DNA of 64,000 nucleotides from Eledone cirrhosa (Eukaryota). The stretch's first letter is position 1. Each line of letters opens with the position of its first letter. The stretch covers positions 72,850,001 to 72,914,000 of the forward strand of contig OZ024744.1 in assembly GCA_964016885.1 (NCBI GenBank), read 5' to 3'. The notes under the pieces were generated by a model. That model ran no database searches and was not told where the DNA came from. It worked only from the letters and a program-made list of their open reading frames with translations. The position numbers were made by a program, and so were the translations under genes. This document shows positions 1 to 10,466 of this stretch, one piece after another.

Positions 1-1137
1 ACTGCCTGACAAGGAAGAGGGCATCAGTGGTGCCTCTTCCTGGTACAAACCCAAGTTGCATCTTATCTAGTTTCACCTGGTCCCTAATCAACCGTGCTAT
101 AACTCTTTCTGTTACTTTCATGACCTGGTCCATCAGCTTTATACCTCTATAGTTTCCTCTATCTAGTGCATCACCTTTACCTTTGTAGCAGTTGACAATG
201 ATGCTACTGCACCAATCTTTTGGTATGACACCTAGCATTACCTGGTTAACAATACGTGTGGTTATAGTGTGACCTACAGACCCAGATGCCTCCAGCATCT
301 CGGCAGCTATACCCGATGGACCGGTTGCCTCCCCCATCTTCATATCTTTGATTGCCTTACTTACTACGCTGCTGCTGACTTGTACTGCTGGCCCCTCTAT
401 AGGGTCTACTTGGGGAAGGGTCTCTTCTTCCCATGCATTCTCCTCATTTAGTAATCTATCATAATGACTCTTCCATGCATCTTTCTTCTCAGCACTTGGG
501 AAGGCAAGCTCACCTTTATCATTCCGGATACACTTCTCTCCAATGACATCACAATTCTCTCTGACACACTGCCTCGCAATCTTGAACACCTCCTGTTTCT
601 GGTCCTCACGTTGCAAAACATGCTTGAATTTTCTATCCCCTGCTTCCCTACTAGCTAAGTATAGTTGTCGCCTAGCTTCCCTCTTGGTCTCTATGTAATG
701 TACCCTGCTCCCCCGTTCTTCCATTCTTTCCATGCCTGTCTCTTGGCATTAACTGCCACATCTACCTTATTGTTCCACCACCAAATCACTCTCCTCCTGC
801 TTGTGGTCTTACTCCAGCCACAGACCTCATCCGTCGCCTCTAGTAAGTTATTTTTTAGGAACTCCCAGTTCTTTTCTACATTGAATGTATCTATCTGTTC
901 TTCTTTACTGTCGTAGGCGTTGAGTAAAATATCTTTAAATCTGTTACTGGTTGAGGGGTCTTTCAGCTTCCAGATCTTTCTTCTCCAGGTTGGCCTCTGT
1001 TTCCAGGTTCGTCTAGTCCTGACTGTGAGGACGCTGACAACTAAGCTATGTTGGGATGTACATTCCTCACTAGGGAAGGCTTTTGTGTTTACGACCATCC
1101 ATCTCTCACGTCCTCTGATGAGGATAAAATCTATCTA
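1..1137 (-). mobile_element. RTE-clade LINE ORF2 fragment (end of APE endonuclease, linker, start of RT), decayed
   Basis: Minus strand reads IDFILIRG..VVNTKAFPSEECTSQHSLVV, WWWNNKVD and MQLGFVPGRGTTDALFLVRQ. Same family as 51371-54052. Truncated at a microsatellite. Confidence 0.9.
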
Positions 1138-1759
1138 TGTGCGGATTTGTATGTATATGTGCATATATATATATATATATATCTCTATATATGTGTGTGT
1201 TTGTTTGTATGTGTGTGATTGTGTGCCTGTGTGTAGGTTTTATGTGTGTGTGTGTTTGAATGTGTGTGTGTGTGTGTTTGTATATATGTGTGTGTATTGA
1301 AAATAAAGTATCGAATCTTATAAAAATCTCAAACACAGAAAATAACTGTAACCACAGTTGGTTACTATAAATAATATGTCAGGGGTTGTTTAACTCAATG
1401 AATTTTATTGAGTTTCATTCTTCATAGTGACTGTTGGTCACTTTTTCCATCTATAGGGGTACTTTACATAATTTTCTAAGCTATTTTTAGCACGACTAGA
1501 ACTTTTTCATTCATATGAAATCATCAAGAATGCCTTCGTCACCATTGGTGAAACAGTTCTAGTCCTGTAGAAACCATTTCTATATTAAATAATGATATAT
1601 GTATGTGGCATCCAGCTGTAGAAACCAAGCCAAAATCAGCTCCAGGTTAGCAAAAGATGGTACTCTCACCTGATTCTCTCCCAAAGGGTCAGCCCGTCCT
1701 AGCCATGCTAGCAAAGAAAATGAATGTTAAATGATGATGATGATTATATATATATATAG

Positions 1760-2225
1760 TGGGTAGACCAAGAAAAACCTGGGACGAGGTGATAAAAACT
1801 TACCTTGCCCACCTACACCTCTCTTAGACAAGGACACTGGATCGAGACCTTTGGCGCCATGCAGTTGTACAGAAGACCCGACTACTATTGCATGCAAGCC
1901 TACAGTCAGTCGGCACCTCTTAACTCAATGTACACCCCACCACCACACCCTACCCCACCCTCCCTCTCCCGTTCCATCCACTGTGTCGATGACACAACAG
2001 TCCACACTGTAAGGTGGTTGTTTAGGAGACACGGTGAAAAGGCTCCCAGTCCACAGTGTAAATGTGGTTGGTGTTAGGAAGGGCATCCAGCTGTAGAAAA
2101 CCTGCCTGAGAGGCTTCCGTGTGAGTGAGACATAGTCTCCCGACCATTCCCGCATCAAATGGAACAAAACCGTCTGACCCATGCTAGCGTGGAAGATGGA
2201 CGTTAAAATATGATGATGATGATGA
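1760..2225 (+). mobile_element. RTE LINE 3' end with long UTR module and (GAT)n tail
   Basis: GRPRKTWDEVIK..LDRDLWRHAVVQKTR, then pseudoknot-type units, GTTAGGAAGGGCATCCAGCTGTAGAAA, CCCATGCTAGCGTGGAA..GGACGTTAA(GAT)n. Confidence 0.85.
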
Positions 2226-2679
2226 TATATATATATATACACTGACACATACATATATGGGTGTCTGTGCATGTGTGTGTATATACATAATTTATATGAA
2301 TATGTTTAAGTATAGATGAATGTAAGTGTATATAATACATACTCTTTCACTAGTGTGAATCATTAAACTGTGGACAAGATGGAGTGATTTTAGTGGATGA
2401 TATCAACTTCACTACTGTATTTTACAGACCACAACACACACACCAACCTGAAATTGCTGATATCTTTTGGGTGGATCCTATTTCTAGAAGATTGTGGTCT
2501 ATAGAACCATTCTCACACCACTTGCAGAGAACAAACAGACAATGAGTTCAAGGGTTCTGCCTTTTGTTTCCAGCAGAGATTACTGCTCCTTGAACCTTTC
2601 ACACTTTGTTTTCATTCTGGCTCCAACACTTTTGTGTATGTGTGTGTGTGTGTGTGAGTGTGTGAGATGAAGCGTGATG

Positions 2680-2935
2680 ATGGTCTTATGAAGATAATGG
2701 AAATGTTTAGCTGCAGTAGCTGGATCATCCTGATTCTTCGGCATTTCCATGATGGTATCATGGTGAAAGTTTTCGGATATTGGTGATAAATTAGAAGCCT
2801 TTGCAGTGATTAATGGTGTGAAGTAAGGATGCATTCTCACCCCTACTCTCTTTGGTATGGTTTTCTTTGCTATGCTGCATGATGCCTTCCGTGATTGCCA
2901 GGATGGTATACACATCCAATACAAAACTGATGTTG
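2680..2935 (+). mobile_element. BovB-like RTE reverse transcriptase fragment, decayed
   Basis: Plus strand reads LMKIMEMF..ILRHFHDGIMVKV, then GVK*GCILTPTLFGMVF across a frameshift (decayed QG motif). Confidence 0.65.
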
Positions 2936-2940
2936 AACTA

Positions 2941-3830
2941 TTTATGTATAAAACATAATTGTTTCTACTTTAGGCACAAGGCCAGCAATTACCCAGTGCA
3001 TTACTGGTACTTTATTTTATCGACCCCGTAAGGATGAAAGGCAAAGTCAACCTCGGCGGGATTTGAACTCAGATCGTAAAGGGACGTAACTATGCTGAAA
3101 GCATGGCGTCCGACCCTCTACCGATACTGCCAATCCACCGCCCTTTTTATGTATAAAACATAATGGTTTCTGATATAGGCACAAGGCCAGCAATCCACCG
3201 CCAATCCACCGCCAATCCACCGCCCCTATTTATGTATAAAACATAATGGTTTCTGATATAGGCACAAGGCCAGCAATCTTGGGGGAGCGGAAAGTTGATT
3301 AAATCGACTCCAGTGTTCAAATAAATAAGTATTGGTAATATACTGGAAACATTTTCACCTGTTACACAATTATTCTACAAAAATTAACATTGAATCCTAT
3401 CCGAATCCTAACAATCATTAATAGTGATTTCTACTATAAGAACATGGCTGGCAATTTGGGGAGAGGGGAAAATCAACCTCAGTGCTTTATTTTATTGACC
3501 CCGTAATGATGAAAGGCAAAGCTAACCTCGGCAGGATTTTAAACTTAGAACGTAAAGAGTCGTAACTCTATGTTGCAAAGCATGGTGTCCGACTCTCTAG
3601 CGATACTGCCAATCTACCGAATAATGATTTCTACTATAGGCATATGGCCAGCAATTTTGGGGAGGGAAAAGTTAATTAAATTGACTCCTGTGTATTAATG
3701 GTGCTTTATTTTATCCCCGTAAGGATGAGAGGCAAAGCTAACTTCAGCAGGATTTGAACTCAGAACATAAAGGGCTGTAACTATATGTCGCAAAGCATGT
3801 TGTCCAGCACCCTACTGATACTTCCGATCC
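2941..3830 (-). mobile_element. Tandem/nested cluster of tRNA-derived SINE-A copies (Deu/Nin-like central domain)
   Basis: Repeated GGCACAAGGCCAGCAATT...GGATGAAAGGCAAAGT...ATTTGAACTCAG (B-box on the minus strand). The 19-bp TTTATGTATAAAACATAAT recurs at about 2941, 3146 and 3229. The domain name is assigned from memory of the motif. Confidence 0.85.
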
Positions 3831-3909
3831 AAAACATATCAAATGATGATTATGTTTGTTTTTGAAATATGTAAATGCATATATAATTATTGTATTTGTT
3901 TCCTTTCAG

Positions 3910-4020
3910 CTCGAATTGGTCATACAAAACTGAGAAAACAAGATGTGGATGAAATGCTGCAAAGAACACCAGATAAGTCAAGAATGTCTCAACATCTGTT
4001 CCGGTCCCTCCATAGTCAGG
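3910..4020 (+). CDS. Candidate internal exon of an unidentified host gene (111 bp, phase 1-1)
   Basis: Pyrimidine-rich acceptor tttgtttcctttcag| and consensus donor CAGG|gtgagt. Length is divisible by 3 with an open frame xRIGHTKLRKQDVDEMLQRTPDKSRMSQHLFRSLHSQx. Not part of a repeat seen elsewhere in the window. Confidence 0.55.
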
Positions 4021-4984
4021 GTGAGTATTGCAAAAAATTTTCTCTTTAACCTGTTGACTGCCAGATATATTTTACACAGCTATAGTTGCTGTGTCGGTTT
4101 TTTTTTTCTCAGTAAAATGAAGTTATGAACTGTTGGAAATTAGTTATCTCATCCGTTTCACTGGAATGTATACATGTTAGGACCAGTTATCTCATCTATG
4201 GCACTGAATAGGTTAATACAGATGGTATATAACTGTTTAAAAAAGTGAAATTTACTGCTCATACATATGTAGGTTTTGCTGTCTTACTATGAGGTTACAC
4301 CACATAGGAGGCTTCTTGGGTATTCTAATGATACAGTCCTCAGTCCTGCCATGAAAAGCAATTTGAAATGAAGTGTCTTGCTCAATAACATAACACATTA
4401 ACCACTAGGCCACACACCTTTGTGAGATTATATATCATATATGCATTTATTTGAAGCTGATTTTTTTACTTTGTTAGCATAAAAAATGAAAACAGGTATA
4501 CAAGACAGAAAATCTAGATAACAACAGAGCAGATTTTCATGTTCGAAGGAATAAACTCTGTTTCATGTATTAAGTACATATTCTTTTGTTTGCTCATCCA
4601 AATATATGTATATTGACCCAAGGATATGATAAAAGACACTTACCCAGGATGCCACACAATAGGATCCAACCTGATAGCTCATGATTACAATGCAAATTTT
4701 TAACCATTCAGCCCTGACTGCTCTCTACTAAAAAAATGCTTTCTGTTTTTTTTTTAATGATTTATTTCATATTGCAACTGGGGAACAATAAATTTTGTTG
4801 GTGATGTATCCTATGGGCTAATTAGTTGTTCATTGTATTTATCATGGTTAAAGTTCTGACATGGTTTGTGTTGTTGTTAGCTAGGTTTGGTCATTTCTGG
4901 TCAAACAACTCCAGGGTATAAAAAATAACCAATGAAAGAAAAACATTCTGTATTTTTTTAACCACAATGACCCAAATGACTGCT

Positions 4985-5195
4985 GTTACTGCTGCTTAAC
5001 CCCAATTTGGCCTTAATCAAGAAGACCTATAATCATCCAATCATTTTTATTTTATGTTTTATTTCAGGCATAATTAATCCATGAGAGTTCCTTACATGCA
5101 TTTTTTTCCCCATAAAGAATGAATGAACTTGATTGAGATATGGCTGCTATTACTAGTACATTAAGTAACCAAGTAGAAGCTTCCCTGTTGGATCT
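4985..5195. mobile_element. Decayed SINE-like repeat (related copy at about 24650-24860)
   Basis: Shared AGACCTAT(A/G)ATCA and GAGA..T.GCTGCTATT..TAG segments between the two loci. Confidence 0.45.
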
Positions 5196-5837
5196 CTGAA
5201 TAAATTAAGAATTATCAAAGCTAAACTCTAGGTTCCAAGCTGGCTTCCAATGTCTAAACACACAAGGTGTGTCTATGGTAATGAATTCCCTATACAGCTG
5301 TGAAACTCCTTAGAACTGAATATACAAAAACTGTTTATGTGTGTATGTATATAAAAATATATACTCACAAATGAATGTACATAGTATAGAAAAATACTCA
5401 GGAAACTACGAAGAAGGCTGTCGGAGATGTGTGTGTGTGTGTGTGGGTAGTGTTGGTGTGCGTGCGTGTATTAATGTTTCTTTTATAGTTTTCTATAATA
5501 AACACACTAAATATGCACTGAACTCATATACTGTATAAAAGAGTGAATATAATAATTGCTATTAATGATGGCTGTTTTCTTTAAAGTTTCACCTACATTA
5601 TTGGCTTATAAAAACAGTTGGGTCTAGGAATGTTTGTCAAGAACAAGTTAGTTGGAGGTATATTGGCTGAAAGACAAATTGGTCATAATACAAATTGATC
5701 AAAAAGCATGGTAGTCAAAGAAAATACAGAATATTCATCAAAAGGTTTTATATTTTTCAAAGAAATAGGTTATAGATATTTAAAAATTTATACAATATTT
5801 TTTTTCTTTATTTTTATATTTGTATCAACTGTCTTTG

Positions 5838-6200
5838 GTAGCAAATTGACAGTCATTAGAACATTGGATAGAATGCTTTGCAGTATTTATTTCAGATCTC
5901 TGCTCTTTGAGTTCAAATCCTGTCGAGGTCCTGTCGAGGTCAGCTTTGCCTTTCATCCATTCAAGGTCAATAAAAAAGTAAAAGTCAAGTACTGGGGTCG
6001 ATTCTTTCTCTATATCTCTTTCTCACTTCCATTCTCTCACTCTCTATCCTTCTTTGAAAGAAATCTGCTGTATTCAGATCTGGAGAATACATGGGCTCTA
6101 CCAGGTTTAAAACATGCCTTAGAAACGCCAGATGAATACCCCCCCCCCCCCCCCCCCCTATAACTCCCTCAGAATTACAGGACCATGCATCCACTGTCAT
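5838..6200 (+). mobile_element. SINE-A head with alternative 3' tail
   Basis: GAGTTCAAATCC B-box and CTTTGCCTTTCATCC..AAGTACTGGGGTCGAT, then a tail (TTCAGATCTGGAGA..GGGCTCTACCAGGTTTAAAA) shared with 28900-29265 and 47285-47580. Confidence 0.75.
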
Positions 6201-6296
6201 AATATTTTAATGTTCTACAATTTAACAATGTTAATATATAAATCTAAGTTAACAGATTATATATAATGTATATGCTTCTATGTATACACTGAAGAT

Positions 6297-6600
6297 TGAA
6301 GAACTCAAAGCTGTATGGGAGCCTCCCAAAAGTCAGCTCGAAAGTAACACAGAGGAGACTGAGGTTAGCTGGACATGCTCACCGACATCCAGAGTTGACA
6401 CTGCACTCAGTGGTCCTGTCTGAGCTCCTACATGGAAACTCTAGAAGAGGGAGACCGAGGTTGACATATGTTGATGCCCTAAGGACAGACACTGGTCCCT
6501 AGGAGACGCAGGACATGCTGGCAATGATGAAGGACAGAGACTGCTGGAGAGAACTCATCATGGATCTCAGGAATTTTACCTGCCCTAGATAGATAGATAT
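6297..6600 (+). mobile_element. 3' end of a second RTE family with (TAGA)n tail
   Basis: LYGSLPKVSSKVTQRRLRLAGHAHRHPEL..RRGRPRLTYVDALRTDTG. Matching tail pieces at 41730-41900 (+) and 23660-23735 (-). Confidence 0.8.
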
Positions 6601-6959
6601 GTTAGATGGATAAAGTTATTTCCGATAACCATACAATGTGAATACTTCTTCAGCCACTTATTCCATGGAGAGTCGTGGAGGCAGAATCCTGAAACACGCC
6701 TTCCTGTGAATCCTGTCAGAAACAACCATCTCCAACTGAACTGGCTGGATCCCAAGCATGACCAGTCAAGTTCATGGATGTTATCCAACCATCTTGCTCG
6801 GGGTCTAACGCTGGGTCTCTTACCAGTTGGTTTTGCCCGTAAAATCTGTCCAGCAATTCTTTCTTAAGACATTCTAAATATATATACTATCATCATCAAA
6901 TTGTTAAGTGACATTGAGAAAGATATGTTGGACACAATAATGAATTGAGGTGGACTCCA

Positions 6960-7189
6960 TTAATACTTTAGCATTTAAACCAGCCATAATCCGGCCAGAA
7001 TTCTCTCGCCTCTTTCTGTTCAAACCGGCTGTAACCAGCCATTCATACCCATGTTAAGGTATTATTCTCAAAATAAATAATATCAAAATCTCATAGATTC
7101 AATATTATGTGGTATAATTATGTAAGATAGAGCCTTTACCATGAAAATATAATAGTAAATATAGAGTAATGTAAATGTTAAAGGGTTAA
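6960..7189 (+). mobile_element. piggyBac-type MITE (~225 bp, TTAA target)
   Basis: Ends ..TTTAGCATTTA / TAAATGTTAAAGGG-TTAA. Body matches six other copies in the window. Confidence 0.8.
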
Positions 7190-7621
7190 CCTTTCTGTTA
7201 CCATATTTCTAATGAATACATAGCATATATTTCTCAAGAGATTTAGTAATATAATTAACTTTCACATTATTAAGCTGATATTTGATACATAACATAATAC
7301 AGAGTTTCTTACATAAAATTATTATGGAATGTTTTTAGTTAATTATAAACACTTTAGTGAAAACAGATTTGTATTGTAGGAGTCATGACAAAAAGCACCC
7401 AGCACACACTGTAAATGTGGTTGACGTTAGGAAGGGCATCCAGCTGTAGAAATCTTGCCAGAAATAGTTCTATGTGAGCAAGACATGGTCACTTTACTCA
7501 ACTTGCCTCAAATGGGACAACCCATCTAACACATGCTAGCGTACAAAGTGAACGTTAAGTGATGATCATGATGATGATGAACCAGGAGTAGTTTCAGGCT
7601 GGTTGGTATGAAAAGAGTTAA
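7186..7621. mobile_element. Second TTAA-flanked MITE family with an inserted RTE-UTR module (7382-7580)
   Basis: Starts TTAACCTTTCTGTTACC and ends GGTATGAAAAGAGTTAA. Related pieces near 17455, 24136-24625 and 28220-28470. Confidence 0.55.
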
Positions 7622-7839
7622 GTATGTATCAAATCTTACTGTCCCTTGAATTGTTTTGGTTGTGTGCTGGTGTTAGAAATAATTATTTCAAGAACAATGG
7701 AGCATAGGATAGTGATGAACACACAAAGTGACCAACAAAACTATCTGTCACTTTTAGTTACAGCTCATTGGTTTCTGCAATGGTCAGTTTACCTGTTTTC
7801 CATTATAAGTCTTAGCAGTGGAGACTTCTGATGTCCTTG

Positions 7840-8085
7840 GCCCTAGGACTACCTCCTTACTCACCACCATCGGTATGGAGTTGATTATCTGCAGGTGTGA
7901 ACCCAACGAGCTGGAATGGCTCTTCCAACATATCTCCCTCACTGTCCACTGGGGCCGCAGGGTGGCCAGCATGTAGGCCCTCATTTACTTAATTTACTTA
8001 TAATAGTGAGAGATGGGGAGAGTGAGAGAGACGGAGGCAGTGACAATAGGAATTTGATTCCATTATGTTCAGACATAATATGTAT
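7840..8085. repeat. Dispersed repeat, inverted homologue at about 30030-30225
   Basis: GCTGGAATGGCTCTTCCAACATATCTC..GTGAGAGATGGG..GCAGTGACA matches the reverse complement of 30030-30225; the ORF track shows similar peptides at both. Confidence 0.7.
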
Positions 8086-8489
8086 GTGTATATTTATTTA
8101 CCACAAACATCAATGAAAACAAAGAAAAAACAGACCCCCACTATACCAAAGTGTATAAAATACATTATCAGTCATATTATTTGGTAGATTTATTCAACTG
8201 AACTTTGGCCATAAGGTTTATGTTTGTGCGCCTGTGTTAGAAATTATTATTATTGTTATTATTATTATATTATACATGTGTGAAGACGTACAAGTCTGAG
8301 GCAGAAAAGGTTTGTAACTTTAAGTTGTTTTAAAGTATCATTTTTTTGTATTTTCTTGTCGATAATGAAGCATAAAATACCACCTTGGTTGCAAGGAGAG
8401 GAAACATCTCTATATTCGGGCTTTAAGCCCGAATATTCAGATTTATTTTTAAAAACTCAGAAAAAAATCGCTTCTCCATAAAAGAAAAT

Positions 8490-10437
8490 ATGGAAAATTT
8501 CGACCTTGAAACAGTAAACAACGTACAGGTCAAAGTTCAAAAACAGCCACTATAAATCTCACCACAACTACTGCTACTACTACAGACAAGCCTGTCACCA
8601 ATCCTACTGAATATAAAAACAAAACACAAAAGTTACCATCACAACCGCTCCCTTTTGTGATAGTTGCAGTACCATCTCAAAATAACACCACCACGGCCTC
8701 CACCTCCACCACCACCACAACTCAGAACAACAACAACAATAACACCGACAGCCTCAATGTAAACACTTATGGCGGCAGCAACAGCAACAACAAACAAAAC
8801 AACGACAACACCAACAACAAGAGCAACGGAGGCACCACCTTGCAGTGGCAGCAACGAAAACAAAGCACTTTTCAATGTAGATATTAGCAATAAGGAACAA
8901 CAGTTGGCCCAGGCGTGGAGGTTAATTAAACAAGAGAAGTCCTGGGCAAACTTGACCATCCCGGACGGGGCAATAGCGACCATGCAAAGGAGGACGTGTA
9001 CTTTTGATGCAGTTCAGTGCAGACACGCAAAGTAGAACTCGCCAACCAAGCAGAGGTCAAGGCTGCTTTGAGGGGCATCGGAAGTGACATCGAGTACAAA
9101 GCAAGGGCCAAGTAGTTCGGTACCATCTTGGTTCTGTTCAAAACGGAGGCCCTTGCTATTAAGCACTTGGTGACCCCCCCTGCAGAATGGAACACATTAT
9201 TATGCTCCTGTCCCACATGGGCAAAAGGACAGTAAAGGTCCGCATTCCCAGGATCCCACCAGGAATGAACATATGGTGGCTCCTGGAATGTGTAATCGAG
9301 GAGGGGACAGACACTACCCTCCTAGATATCAAAAGGACAGAGAGAGAAGACTGGTCCTGTATGGATTTGGAGATTCTTCTCCGAATGAAAGTAGAGGACA
9401 TCAACAACATCCCGGATTCTGCCCGCTTGCAGGACGGGACAACAATCCAATTAATCACTGAGGGAGGAAGGCTGCACTGCTTCGTCTGCGGGGAAACAAC
9501 GCATCTGCAAGCCTTCTGCCCTCAGCTCAAAAATGCAGGGGGTCGCAAACCTCTTTGTTGTCAACGCCAGTGTCAGCGCAGAAAGCTGCACCACCACCAC
9601 CAAAAACAACACCAACAAAGACAGGGGTAAGCCCGCCAATATCAAAAAGAGCCGGACCAACACTGAAACCAATCCAAGGGAAAAACGAGGAAAGCTCTCC
9701 CACTCCCCCTACCCCTCCAATTATACACAGACAAAACAATAAACACACAGAGACACAGATACATTGACAGCCACAGATTTCCAGTAGTGAAGATGAAGGA
9801 AAACCCAAAAGTGCAAAAAAACAAGAGAGAAAACTCACCCCCTCCAAAAAAAAAAAGCCCCAACAAAATACAAAAACATACACAACAAAAAATACAGACA
9901 CCACTAACGCAAACACTTCCCCAATAACATCAGCACCAACATCAACATCAACACCACCCCCACAATCCCCGAAACGCAAACAACCTAAAGAAACACAAGA
10001 ACAAATAAACACACAGACACCTGAAATTGCAGACACCACACCTACAACAAACACGGACATACCCGAAACAACACCACCAAAAACATCACCACCACAGACA
10101 CCAAAACAACACAAATAAAACCACACCAACAAAATGTTAAAAACTTTGTGCTTGTCAGAAGGGCCAACGATAAACTGATGGCCCTCTTATCACAAAGCGA
10201 GGACATTCAAACAGAGGGGAGATCTTTGAAATGAGCACATTTTGCATGCCAGAAGATTTGCTTCTGGTCCGAATGTCTCTCGATTCCTTCAAAGAAATTT
10301 GGGAGAGCTTTCCTCAAGATGTGGGGAACCCGAATGTGAAACCCACATTGAGACTTTTAAAGGGGTTCCCAAAAGAAACCCCACCGACCATGGAGGTTAA
10401 ACCACCCGACCTTCACAAGACCCTGGGAGGTAAGTAA
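8490..10437 (+). pseudogene. Tx1-type ORF1 (gag-like), with frameshifts and stops
   Basis: ATG at 8490; KVRIPRIPP; zinc knuckle CFVCGETTHLQAFC; long Thr/Pro/Asn low-complexity arms. Confidence 0.75.
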
Positions 10438-10466
10438 ACCTTCCCTCTCTCTTTTAGTTTGCCAAC

